Assembly (NCBI GenBank): GCA_038249465.1
Contig: JBBRWD010000020.1
Coordinates: 10,191 to 74,190, forward strand
Source of the DNA: Limisphaerales bacterium
Lineage (GTDB): Bacteria > Verrucomicrobiota > Verrucomicrobiia > Limisphaerales > JBBRWD01
Length of the DNA stretch: 64,000 bases
Direction of reading: 5' to 3'
A program made the translations under genes and the position numbers. Below are positions 7,791 through 17,593 of this stretch, in pieces; the first letter of the stretch is position 1, and every line of letters begins with the position of its first letter. The notes beneath the pieces are model-generated. The model was not told the DNA's origin and searched no databases. It saw only the letters and a program-made list of their open reading frames with translations.

Positions 7791-9965
7791 TCAATCCCCC
7801 AGCAGCTGCGTCGGGAAGAGCCGCTCGTTGTTCGGATTGGCGGTCGGGAAGGCCTTCGAGGAGAAGGTCACGCCGATGGTGAAGCTGTCCGGCACGTTGC
7901 CGATGGGATTCTTCTGCCAGCTCAGATTGAGCGCGCTCACGAAACTCCGGAAATCGCGGTAGAGGGTGTAGCGCTGCTCCTCAATGACTCCGTAGTGCGC
8001 CTCGTAGAATATGCTGGCGCGGGCGGACCAGTTTTCGCTCAGGCGATAGAAGAGGGTGGCGAAGTAAAGGTCGTTGCCCGAGTTCGGGATGCCAGGAACT
8101 TCGCGCTGGTAGCGCTGCCCGACACTGAGGTTCCAGACGTTGTTGGGCAGGAGGGTGACGGCGTTGTTGGCCGCGTTCCACTGCTTCTCGTTGATGTCGT
8201 AACGCAACTCGGAACTGAGAATGAGCCAACTGAACGGCTTCCAATCGAGGTCTGAGTAAATGTCGGAGAAGGTGCCCTGCTCGGCCCGCGGGCTGAGGCG
8301 CCAGTCGGTATAGACGGCCCAATTGACCACGGTGTCGATGACGCCATTGCGCTTGGTCTGAAGTTTGTTGCGCAGCGCGAAACGGAAGGTGTTCTCGCTG
8401 TCGATGGAGTCGATGTCGTTGTATTCCGGGAAGGTGATCGGCAGCAGCCGCGTGCTCGGAGTGAGGTAGTCGAACCTCGGCAGATCGAGCGGGACGACAT
8501 TCGGGTCCGGCACGTAGGCGTAGATGATCGAGGGCTGGATGATGTGCCGGAGGCCGTCGAGTTTGAAGAGGTCGCTGTGGACGTCGGGGAAAATGCGCGA
8601 GGCCTTGGTGGAGAGTTCGGTGCTGGTGTTGAACAAGGCACGGTTCGCCTCGTTGAGCGGCTGGCCGAAGACGTCGGAGGAACTGTAGTGCGTGTAACGT
8701 CCGCCGGCGCGCGGGGTGAGGTTGAGCCAGCCGAAAAAATTCAGCGGCAGCGAAAACTGGTGGAAGGTGTCCGCGCGCCAGGCGGAATATTCATCCACGA
8801 CATCGTAGGCGAACTGGCGGCGATACCAGCCGAGGGAACTCGAACTCTCGTAGTAAAGCGGCGTGCGCCCGACCTGCTGGGGCAGACCGGTGAAGGTGAT
8901 GTCGGGCAGGCGTTCGACCGTCTCGACCGAGTCGTTCACCCGCCCCACGGTCAGCGCGTTGAAGGTGAAGTTCTGCCACTGCTGCTGGACTTCGAGGAAG
9001 GTGGTGGGCTGGGGATTTTGCCGGTAGATGTTCTCAAAGAAATCGCGCACCACCACCGCGTCGTTCTGGTAACGGACCGCCGCCTTGACGGTGAGATTCG
9101 AGGTGACCTGTGTCTGGTGCTCGAACCAGACGATGCCGCGGTTGTCGGACTGAGCCAGGCCGGTGCCGGATTCGTTGCGATCGAGATCGTGGATGAAGAA
9201 GGTCCAGACTTTGCCATCGCCGAACTTGGGCAGATTATAGCTGAAATTCGGGCCGAACCCGACACCGCGCTTGGCGTAGGCGTTGAGGGTGACGCTGCTC
9301 TCGAGACGTTCATCCCAGAACCAGTTGTAGCTCGTCATCAGGTAGGGGCCGAACTGGCTCTTGTAGCCGGGTTCGAGCACCCAGTAATTCGGGTGGCGCT
9401 GCAGGTAGCGCCGGTAGCGCGGAAAATAAAAAACGGGCACCTTGCCGAGGTAGAGCACCGCGTCCTTGGCCTCCACATACTCATCCTTTATGATGACAAT
9501 CGACTTGGCGCGCACGCGGTAGCCCGGCTCGGAATAATCGTCCGTCGTGACGAAACCCTCGGCCATGACGTAGAGGTTGTTCGTCAGGTCGCCGGTCATC
9601 ACCTCGCCCTGGACGAAGAACGGGTATTGCCCGAAACGGAAGTCCTCGCCCGCCATCTTGCCTGTCCGGAAATTGTACTCCAGCTTGTCCCCCACCCAGA
9701 CACGTCCACCCGCTTCCAGTCGCACGCCGCCCTCGGCCTGAAGGTCGCCGGTGTTCTGATTGCCGGTGATTTTGCGGGCGCTCAGGCGGGATTCGCCGGC
9801 CTTGATGACGATGCCGTTGGTGGCGGAAAACTCGCCGGAATCGAGGTTGAAATCAACGGCATCGGTGGCCTCGAATGAGAGTTTTTCGCGGGATTGCGGC
9901 GCTTGCGCCCAAGCGAGTCCGGCGGCGCAAAACAGGAACACGAGGATGAGGATCAACGGGTGCAT
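7791..9965 (-). CDS. lptD: LPS-assembly outer-membrane protein LptD (OstA family)
   Basis: ORF 7791..9986 trimmed to MHPLILILVFLFCAAGLAWAQ (signal peptide). OstA-like N-terminal strands (GNQNTGDLQAEGGVRLEAGGRVWVGDKLEYNFRTGKM) are followed by about 600 aa of aromatic-rich beta-barrel-type sequence. Confidence 0.75.
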   Translation of the reverse strand: MHPLILILVFLFCAAGLAWAQAPQSREKLSFEATDAVDFNLDSGEFSATNGIVIKAGESRLSARKITGNQNTGDLQAEGGVRLEAGGRVWVGDKLEYNFRTGKMAGEDFRFGQYPFFVQGEVMTGDLTNNLYVMAEGFVTTDDYSEPGYRVRAKSIVIIKDEYVEAKDAVLYLGKVPVFYFPRYRRYLQRHPNYWVLEPGYKSQFGPYLMTSYNWFWDERLESSVTLNAYAKRGVGFGPNFSYNLPKFGDGKVWTFFIHDLDRNESGTGLAQSDNRGIVWFEHQTQVTSNLTVKAAVRYQNDAVVVRDFFENIYRQNPQPTTFLEVQQQWQNFTFNALTVGRVNDSVETVERLPDITFTGLPQQVGRTPLYYESSSSLGWYRRQFAYDVVDEYSAWRADTFHQFSLPLNFFGWLNLTPRAGGRYTHYSSSDVFGQPLNEANRALFNTSTELSTKASRIFPDVHSDLFKLDGLRHIIQPSIIYAYVPDPNVVPLDLPRFDYLTPSTRLLPITFPEYNDIDSIDSENTFRFALRNKLQTKRNGVIDTVVNWAVYTDWRLSPRAEQGTFSDIYSDLDWKPFSWLILSSELRYDINEKQWNAANNAVTLLPNNVWNLSVGQRYQREVPGIPNSGNDLYFATLFYRLSENWSARASIFYEAHYGVIEEQRYTLYRDFRSFVSALNLSWQKNPIGNVPDSFTIGVTFSSKAFPTANPNNERLFPTQLLGD

Positions 9966-10138
9966 CGGGCGCGCACAGCTAACCAAACCGGCCGGGGAGT
10001 GCCAAGAAGGGATTTGGCAGCCGGGAGTTGGCCACGGCTTTCTTCGCCGCAGGCCGTCCGGTTGGCACGGACTGTGGTTAGAAATTTGACTTGTGATGAA
10101 AATTAAATAGGTTCACGCCCATTGCCGGCCGATTTTGT

Positions 10139-13100
10139 ATGCAAACACGAATCATTTTTTCCCTGGGCGCCTGCCTCCTGATGGCGGGCACGACGACCTC
10201 CCACGCGCAGCTTCCCCCGCCGCCGGCGACCGCGCTGACGGTGAGCAACGGGCAGACGCGCATCGGGTTCACGCCCTACCCGGCGGCCGAGCAGTATGTC
10301 ATTCAATCCTCGGGCGATCTGGCGCAGGGCTTCACCAACGACCTCACCGGCACGTTTTCCGGCTATTCGTGGCTCACCACCAACACGCTGCCGGCCGCCT
10401 TTTACCGCCTCGCCGTCACGCCGCTCAGCAGCAACACGCTGTTCTCGGCCAATCTGCTCAATCGCATCGCCTACGGCCCGACGCCCGATGACCTGGACCG
10501 CCTCGCCGCCATTGGCCCGCAGGCTTACCTCGATGAGCAACTCGCGCCGGAGAACATCGCGGACAATGCGGACGCCTATGTCGCCGTGACGACGAATGGC
10601 ATCACCCTGCCGGAAACCACCAACTGGACGCTGGTCACCGTCACCGGGCGCGTCACCAGCGGCTCTTCCACCATGTATCTCTATCTCACCACGCCCGGGG
10701 AATTGCTGGTCGATGATGTGGCTCTGCGCACCCTGCGGACCGTCATCACGACGAATATTTTTCAGGACACGAATTCCCTGATGGTGACGAATTACAGCAC
10801 CAACACGGTGTTCTCGACGAATCTCCTGCTCAACGGCGACTTTGAAATGGCTCTGGCTCCCGCGTGGAGCGGCATCAGTAATCACGTCAGTTCCGCGATC
10901 ACCACGGATGCCGCGCATTCGGGTTTGGCGTCACTGCGAATCGTCTCCACGGGCATCGGGACAGGAGCGACCGGGTCAGTCACCCAGGTGTTTTCGCCAC
11001 CGATCACCAACGTGACCGTCGTGCTGAGTTTCTGGTACCTGCGCACGATGATGGCGGACGAACTCGTGGCGCGACTTTCCGGCAGCGGCGTCGCGGCCTC
11101 GGGTGCGGAACCGCCCGTGACGCCGACGTGGTATTACGTGACCACGACAGGAACTGCGTCGAACACCCCGGCGCTCTACATGTATCTTTCGGGCGCGGGC
11201 GAGGCGTTCATCGATGACATCTTCCTGGCGCGCGGCACGACGCCGGAACAGGGGACCAACCTCCTGCTCAACGGCGATTTCGAGCAAGCCCTGACCAACG
11301 GATGGCGGTGGTCCGCGGATTTCACCAACTCGTTCATCAGCCCGACGCTGTCCCATTCCGGGAATGGCAGTCTCAAGATCATCGCGACCGCCGCCGGTGC
11401 GGGCAGCGGTGATTCGATTTATCAGACGAACATCTTCGGCGTCACCAACACCGGCACCTTCACCCTCAGCTTCTGGTACCTGCCCAGCACCCAGAACCGG
11501 ACGCTCACCGTGCGCCTTTCCGGCAGCTTGCTGCAGGCCGCCCCGGAAACCTCGTTCGCCGGCATCCGACGCCGTCTCGACACCTTTGGCGGGGCGGATC
11601 CCGAAACCGGTTTCACCACCGCGCGATCGGTCAACGGCGCGAGTCTCGCGGACTTGCGCGCCTGGTTTGTGATGAATGCGGTCGGTGGGAAGCGTCAACT
11701 CCTGGAGGTGCTCACGCAGTTTCTGGAAAACCATTTCGTCACTGAACACGCCAAGAGCGCGGACTACTTCGACCGCAGCTATGATGACACCACCTTGATG
11801 GACAAGCTGGCCACGGACCTGGAATACCGCGAGATCTCGAAGTGGCGCGCGGCGCTCGGCCGGCCGGATTGCACCTTCCACGACCTGTTAAAAATCAGCG
11901 CCGAAAGCCCGGCGATGATCGTCTATCTCGACACCGTGGACAGCAAAGCCACCGGAACCAGCATCGCCAACGAGAACTACGCCCGCGAGTTGTTCGAGCT
12001 GTTCTGCATGGGCGTGGACAACGGCTACGATCAGAACGACATCGTGGCCATGTCGCGCGCCTGGGCGGGCTGGTCCGTCGATATCGTGGACAAGGAGCAC
12101 ATCAACAATCCGCTGGCTCCGCCCTCCACGACCTACGGCTTCTATCCGGGCTCCGGCTACAACGCGAGTTCCAACCGCGTCGGCGTCTGGTCGTTCCGCT
12201 TCAAACCGGAAAATCATGGCACCAATCGCGCCCCGCTGCTCTCCGAGTGGGATACGACCAGGACGAACCTCGTCGCGCTCGGACCCAAGATCGTTCCGGC
12301 CCGCTACGGTCCGCCGTGGGCGGGCACGCCCTACCAGCTTGTCATTCCGCCGCGCCCGACCAACGACACCAATGGCATCCGCGACGGCTACGAAGTCATC
12401 CAGCACCTGGCCAATCTCCCGATGACGATGGAATACATCAGCATCAAACTGTGCCGGCTGTTCGTGCATGATGACTTCCCCAATCCGACGACCAAGAGCG
12501 ACGCGCTGGAATACGCCTTCTACGATTACACGCGGCCGGACCTCTCGCCCGAGGCCAAGCTGGTGCATGACTGCATGCTCGCCTGGTGGAACAGCACCCC
12601 GCGCGGCAACCTGCGCGACGTTCTCCGCACCATCTTCGCCAGCGAACTCTTTCGCAGCCATGGCGGCTCGATGCAAAAGGTGAAGACGCCGCTGGAGTAC
12701 GCCGCCAGCACGATCCGGGCGCTGCGGGCGCAGAATCCCGATGGCACCTTCACCGCCAGCACGGACGGCTATTCGATCTCCGGCCGAGATCGCACCGCCG
12801 CCTCATCGCCGCTGACGCGCATGGGGCGGATGATGCTCTTCGACCGGGATGCGCCGGATGGTTATGCCGAAGACGGCCCTCCCTGGATCAGCGCCGGGAC
12901 GCTGGCGGAGCGCGTGCGTTTCCTCCAGACCACGCTCATGCCATCCGGCGCCAGCACCAAGACCGACGGCATCAGCGGCGGCAATTTCAACCTGACTGAC
13001 CCGGTGCGGCTGCTGAAAAGCAAGCTGCCGGCCGCGAGCTGGCGCAACGCCAGCGACGTGGCCGCCTATTTCGCCGCGATTCTTTATCCGGGCGAAGGTC

Positions 13101-13273
13101 TCGGAAACCTCCAGGGCTATCGCGATCTCGCCGTGAACTTCCTCAACACCGCCGACGACGGGGTGACCCCGTCGCTGGTCGCCAACCTCACCGACACCAG
13201 CACCACTTACGACACCCGCGTCCGGGGCATGGTGGCGATGCTGCTGGGCCTGCAACGTTTCCAGGAGCAATAA
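10139..13273 (+). CDS. DUF1800 domain protein with inserted carbohydrate-binding-like modules
   Basis: Signal peptide, then the DUF1800 start (LLNRIAYGPTPDDLDRLAAIGPQAYLDEQL). Next come three repeats of a jelly-roll-like module (LLLNGDFE ... FWYL ... (L/F)(V/I)DD(V/I)). Then the DUF1800 core (QLLEVLTQFLENHFVT, ELFELFCMGVDNGY). The partner gene starts 5 nt downstream. Confidence 0.85.
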   Translation: MQTRIIFSLGACLLMAGTTTSHAQLPPPPATALTVSNGQTRIGFTPYPAAEQYVIQSSGDLAQGFTNDLTGTFSGYSWLTTNTLPAAFYRLAVTPLSSNTLFSANLLNRIAYGPTPDDLDRLAAIGPQAYLDEQLAPENIADNADAYVAVTTNGITLPETTNWTLVTVTGRVTSGSSTMYLYLTTPGELLVDDVALRTLRTVITTNIFQDTNSLMVTNYSTNTVFSTNLLLNGDFEMALAPAWSGISNHVSSAITTDAAHSGLASLRIVSTGIGTGATGSVTQVFSPPITNVTVVLSFWYLRTMMADELVARLSGSGVAASGAEPPVTPTWYYVTTTGTASNTPALYMYLSGAGEAFIDDIFLARGTTPEQGTNLLLNGDFEQALTNGWRWSADFTNSFISPTLSHSGNGSLKIIATAAGAGSGDSIYQTNIFGVTNTGTFTLSFWYLPSTQNRTLTVRLSGSLLQAAPETSFAGIRRRLDTFGGADPETGFTTARSVNGASLADLRAWFVMNAVGGKRQLLEVLTQFLENHFVTEHAKSADYFDRSYDDTTLMDKLATDLEYREISKWRAALGRPDCTFHDLLKISAESPAMIVYLDTVDSKATGTSIANENYARELFELFCMGVDNGYDQNDIVAMSRAWAGWSVDIVDKEHINNPLAPPSTTYGFYPGSGYNASSNRVGVWSFRFKPENHGTNRAPLLSEWDTTRTNLVALGPKIVPARYGPPWAGTPYQLVIPPRPTNDTNGIRDGYEVIQHLANLPMTMEYISIKLCRLFVHDDFPNPTTKSDALEYAFYDYTRPDLSPEAKLVHDCMLAWWNSTPRGNLRDVLRTIFASELFRSHGGSMQKVKTPLEYAASTIRALRAQNPDGTFTASTDGYSISGRDRTAASSPLTRMGRMMLFDRDAPDGYAEDGPPWISAGTLAERVRFLQTTLMPSGASTKTDGISGGNFNLTDPVRLLKSKLPAASWRNASDVAAYFAAILYPGEGLGNLQGYRDLAVNFLNTADDGVTPSLVANLTDTSTTYDTRVRGMVAMLLGLQRFQEQ

Positions 13274-13277
13274 TTCT

Positions 13278-14966
13278 ATGTCCAAACTCAACCTGATCAC
13301 CCGTCGCTCGTTTCTCGATCAGTCCGTCAAAACAGGCCTCGCCGCCGCGCTAGCCACGTTGGTGGATATTCCGCTGGTGATGAAGCGGGCGCTCGCCGAG
13401 GGCAACATCGGACTGAACGGGAAGAAAATCCTCTTCATCTGGCTGCGCGGCGCCAACGATGCCCTCAATTCGGTCGCGCCGATCCGCGACAGCGCCTATG
13501 CCACCGCCCGGCCGACGCTGGCGCTGCCTATGCAGGCGGGCCTTGCCTATGATTATCAGGGGCCGGTTTTCGACCCGACGGTGTTCGCCAGCGATGACGA
13601 CACGCCCGCCAACCGCGCCTTGCGCTCCTCGGGCCTGAACACCTACAGCTACGCGAACGCCATCCGGTCCGGCAACGGCTTCGCGGCGCTGCATCCGTCG
13701 CTCAAGTTCCTCGCGCCGGTCCTGAATGCGGGCGACCTGGCGCTGCTTCATCGCGTGGCCTACCCGAAGCAATCGCGCTCGCATTTCGATTCGCAGCGCT
13801 ATTGGGAGAATGGCTCGCCGAACAACAACATCCTCAACGACGGCATCTTCTACCGCACGCTTATCGAATCCGGTCTGGCCAACACGGCACCGCTCACCGG
13901 CGTTTCCGTGCAATCGTCGCTGCCGCTGATCCTGCGCGGCTCGGAAGCGGCGATGACGAACCTCACCGACCCCACCCGCTACAATCTGCTCGGCGTGCCG
14001 ACACCCTCCGGTGATTTCAAGGCCGATGCCGCGATCGCTGCGGCCAACGGCCTGCCGTTTCCGGCGAAGAGAAGCCGCGACTTGCTGGAGCTCCAGTATC
14101 AGAATCTCCAGAACACGCTGAATCTCTTCTCGACGATCAATTTCAACGAGTCCGGCAACACCTTCCAGGATGACATCAAGACCGATGGCGACACCGACTG
14201 GCTGCCGATTGACAGCTCAGGCGCCTCGCTCGGCGATCCGGCCAGGGGCTATTTCCTGTTCCCCACCAACAGCGACAAGAACGGCGGCTGGCGGCGCCCG
14301 GATCGCTCGGCCAACGCCAACAAGTATGTCATCAGCACCAACCACCACACCTTCTTCAAGAACCTCAAGGCGGCGGCGATGATCCTCAACAAGACCGACG
14401 CCATCATCGCGGGCACGGAGCTTGGCGGCTTTGACACCCATCAGAATCAGGGAGCGGTCACCGGTTCGCACCCGAACCTGCAGCAGGCCATCGGCTGGTC
14501 CATCTACGCCCTGCGCAAATATTTTTCGAACTACGCCGATCGCGCCGCATGGAACAACGTCGTCGTGGTAACGCTCTCGGAGTTCGGCCGCAAGACGGTG
14601 GAGAACTCCGACAAGGGCACCGACCACGCCGAGGCAGGCGTCATGTTCCTGGCCGGGGGCGCCGTCAAGGGTGCCGGGAAAATGGGCCGCGTCACCGGCA
14701 TCTACAACTGCGGCGGCAGCGGCGATCCGGTGCCTTGGGTTTCAGGCACGGGCGGCTCAATGTTTGGCGTCAGCAACGCCTACCTCAAACGCGCCACGGA
14801 TTTCCGGTCCGTGCTCGGCGAAATCGTGCGCGACCATCTCGGAGCGACGCCGACCCAGCTCGGCCGCATCATCCCGGGATATGTCGATGCGCGGGAAAAG
14901 CTCCAGTCCGGGGGCACCTCGACCATCGACAACACCGCCGTGACCGGAGAACTCGACCTCATTTAG
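13278..14966 (+). CDS. DUF1501 domain protein (sulfatase-like fold), Tat signal
   Basis: RRSFLDQSVKTGLAAALA is a twin-Arg signal. FDSQRYWENG, ELGGFDTHQNQ and LSEFGRKTVENSDKGTDHAEAG are typical of DUF1501. Canonical pairing with the upstream DUF1800 gene. Confidence 0.9.
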   Translation: MSKLNLITRRSFLDQSVKTGLAAALATLVDIPLVMKRALAEGNIGLNGKKILFIWLRGANDALNSVAPIRDSAYATARPTLALPMQAGLAYDYQGPVFDPTVFASDDDTPANRALRSSGLNTYSYANAIRSGNGFAALHPSLKFLAPVLNAGDLALLHRVAYPKQSRSHFDSQRYWENGSPNNNILNDGIFYRTLIESGLANTAPLTGVSVQSSLPLILRGSEAAMTNLTDPTRYNLLGVPTPSGDFKADAAIAAANGLPFPAKRSRDLLELQYQNLQNTLNLFSTINFNESGNTFQDDIKTDGDTDWLPIDSSGASLGDPARGYFLFPTNSDKNGGWRRPDRSANANKYVISTNHHTFFKNLKAAAMILNKTDAIIAGTELGGFDTHQNQGAVTGSHPNLQQAIGWSIYALRKYFSNYADRAAWNNVVVVTLSEFGRKTVENSDKGTDHAEAGVMFLAGGAVKGAGKMGRVTGIYNCGGSGDPVPWVSGTGGSMFGVSNAYLKRATDFRSVLGEIVRDHLGATPTQLGRIIPGYVDAREKLQSGGTSTIDNTAVTGELDLI

Positions 14967-15038
14967 CAAGTCACCTGGCCGTTCGGCACGGGTCAGCGCT
15001 CCCGCCGGATCGCGGCGGAAGCTTGGCTGCCAAGACGA

Positions 15039-16391
15039 TCAGCCCTGACCCGGCTCCGGATGCGTCCACGGCGCGCGATAGGGACGGCGCAGGAGTTGAT
15101 TGGCCTCGGCGTCGTTCACCACCTGGCCCTTGACCGGATCCCACTGCAGCGAGCGACCCGCCTTCGCCGAGACGTTCGCGAGGATGCTCGACGCGCTGGA
15201 AATGTAGCCCTGCTCGATGTCGGCCACTGGCTTGCCGCGCGTGCCGATGCAGGTGAGCAGGTCTTTCATGTGCTTGCGAATGGCCGGCGCGACGTGCTTC
15301 TCGAGATCCTTCTCGGTCTTGTCCACCGGGAATTCCTCCAACTCGTAGGTCACGTCCTTGTGGATGGGCTGCCCCTGCCCTTGCGGGATGAAGTCGTAGC
15401 TCATCACGCTGGCCTTGAGCGTGCCTTTGTCGCCGTAGAAGGTCGCGCCCCACGGATATTTCGGGTCAGGCGATGAGCCCCAGGTGCGGTGCTGCCAGAT
15501 GACCTGCGTGTCGCCGAAGTCGAAGGTGGCGGTCTGGGTGTCGGAGATGTTCGACTTGGCGTTCTTGTCCACGACGATGCCACCAGTCGAACTGACGCGC
15601 ACCGGCCAGCCCAGGTCCATCATCCAGCGCGTCATGTCGAGCATGTGGATGCACATGTCGCCGACAATGCCGTTGCCGTATTCCATGAAGGCCCGCCAGC
15701 CGCGCGGATGCACGATGCTGTTGTAGGGGCGCAGCGGCGCGGGGCCGGAGTACATCTCCCAGTCGAGGTTCTCGGGCGGGGCGGTGTCGGGGGGATTGCC
15801 GCGGTTGCGCATGTGGTAGTAGCAGCAGATTTCCACCAGGCCGATCTTGCCAAGCTTGCCCTGCTGGATGAGGTCGCGCGCTTCTTCGAGATGTGGCGTG
15901 CTGCGGCGTTGCGTGCCCACCTGCACCACACGGCCCAGCTTGCGAGCGGCGGACAGAATCGCCTGCCCCTCGACGACATCCACGCTGATCGGTTTCTGAA
16001 GGTAAAGATCGGCGCCCGCCTCCATCGCCGCGATGGCCGTCAGCGCGTGCCAATGATCCGGCGTGCCGATGAGGACGATGTCGAGATCCTTCTCCTTGAG
16101 CATCTCGCGGTAGTCGGAATAGGTGCGTGGACGTTGCTTCGAGGCCTGGCGCGTGGCCGCCATGTCGGCAGCTCCCTCCAGCATGCGCTTATCCACGTCG
16201 CACATCGAGACGATCTCGACGGGCGCGACCTGGACGAGTCGCCAGAGGTCACACTTGCCATACCAGCCCGTGCCGATGAGGCCGACGCGCTTTTTCTGGT
16301 CGGCAAACTCAGCGGCGAACAGTCGTTTTGCAGGGAAGAGCAACCCGGCAGCGCCGAGTCCGGAAGTTTGGAGAAATTGGCGGCGGTTCAT
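15039..16391 (-). CDS. Gfo/Idh/MocA family oxidoreductase with Tat signal
   Basis: MNRRQFLQTSGLGAAGLLF (twin-Arg signal), KRVGLIGTGWYGK Rossmann start, LYLQKPIS (EKP-equivalent position). 450 aa. Confidence 0.9.
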   Translation of the reverse strand: MNRRQFLQTSGLGAAGLLFPAKRLFAAEFADQKKRVGLIGTGWYGKCDLWRLVQVAPVEIVSMCDVDKRMLEGAADMAATRQASKQRPRTYSDYREMLKEKDLDIVLIGTPDHWHALTAIAAMEAGADLYLQKPISVDVVEGQAILSAARKLGRVVQVGTQRRSTPHLEEARDLIQQGKLGKIGLVEICCYYHMRNRGNPPDTAPPENLDWEMYSGPAPLRPYNSIVHPRGWRAFMEYGNGIVGDMCIHMLDMTRWMMDLGWPVRVSSTGGIVVDKNAKSNISDTQTATFDFGDTQVIWQHRTWGSSPDPKYPWGATFYGDKGTLKASVMSYDFIPQGQGQPIHKDVTYELEEFPVDKTEKDLEKHVAPAIRKHMKDLLTCIGTRGKPVADIEQGYISSASSILANVSAKAGRSLQWDPVKGQVVNDAEANQLLRRPYRAPWTHPEPGQG

Positions 16392-16552
16392 GCGGTGGTA
16401 TTAACCGTAATTCCGTGCGATGTCCAAGCCGAATCTGGGCATGCAGAATCTGGGCGACCTGAGGAGAGCCGCGTGATGGGCGAAGCCGACATTGCCGGGG
16501 TGACGGTCAGAAGGCGCATCACAGGCTGGCGGTGGTTATCCCCGCGGTCTTC

Positions 16553-17590
16553 TCAGTAACTCATCCGGTCGAGCTTCACCTTGCCGCGGAAAATCCAGTA
16601 GATGCTGACCGTGTAAGCCAGCACGATGGGCACGCCGATGAGCGCGATGGTGAGCATGATGCCCAGCGTCTTTTGCGAAGAGGCCGCGTTATAGATGGTC
16701 AGGCTGTTGCTCGCCGGATCGACGCTGCTGAGTACCATGTGTGGAAACATCTCCAGGCCGAAGAGGAGCATGAGCGCCATCATCGCCGCGCACGAGGAGA
16801 GGAAGGCGGAGAAGTCGCGGCCACGGTGAATCTCGCGCGGGATGTTGGCGATGGCGAGCATGTTGACCACCGCCACGCTGAAGAGCCACGGGTTGGAGCG
16901 CACGCGCGCCGCCATGTGCGGCACGTAGAGCAGCGTCGCCATGGTGGTGGTGGCATAGCAGATGATGAAGAAGATGATGGCGTTGTTGACCCAGCCGCGC
17001 GCCTGCTCGTGCAGCGTCCCCTCGGTCTTCATGACGAGGTAGATCGCGCCGTGCATCATGAACAGCGACACGGTGGTCACGCCGAGCAGCAGCGCGTAAG
17101 GATGCAGGAGGCCGAGGAAGGTGCCGGCAAACTCCCCACGCGCATCAATGGGCACGCCCCAGGCGATGTTGCCCATCGCCACGCCAATGAGAAATCCGGA
17201 GAGAATGCTGCCGCCGAAGAAGCCGCAATCCCACATCTGGCGCCACCAGCGCATGGGTTGCTTGCTGCGGAACTCAATGGCCACCGCGCGGAAGATGAGC
17301 GCCGCCAGCAGCAGCATGAACGCGAAATAGAAACCCGAGAACACGGTGGCGTAAACGATCGGAAACGCCGCGAAGAGCGCGCCGCCGCCCGTGACCAGCC
17401 ACACTTCGTTGCCATCCCAGACCGGACCGATGGAGTTGAGCATGATGCGCCGGTCCTCGTCGGTCCTGGTGAAGAGATGCAGCGCGCCGACGCCGAGGTC
17501 GAAGCCATCGAGCAGCGCGTAGCCGGTGAACAGCACGCCGACGAGGACAAACCAGACGGCGTTCAGATCGAGCGAGGCGGGGAAGTTCAT
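16553..17590 (-). CDS. cydB: cytochrome bd ubiquinol oxidase subunit II
   Basis: N-terminus WFVLVGVLFTGYALLDGFDLGVG and later GPVWDGNEVWL are hallmark CydB motifs. Its start lies 3 nt after the cydA stop. Confidence 0.95.
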   Translation of the reverse strand: MNFPASLDLNAVWFVLVGVLFTGYALLDGFDLGVGALHLFTRTDEDRRIMLNSIGPVWDGNEVWLVTGGGALFAAFPIVYATVFSGFYFAFMLLLAALIFRAVAIEFRSKQPMRWWRQMWDCGFFGGSILSGFLIGVAMGNIAWGVPIDARGEFAGTFLGLLHPYALLLGVTTVSLFMMHGAIYLVMKTEGTLHEQARGWVNNAIIFFIICYATTTMATLLYVPHMAARVRSNPWLFSVAVVNMLAIANIPREIHRGRDFSAFLSSCAAMMALMLLFGLEMFPHMVLSSVDPASNSLTIYNAASSQKTLGIMLTIALIGVPIVLAYTVSIYWIFRGKVKLDRMSY

Positions 17591-17593
17591 GGG

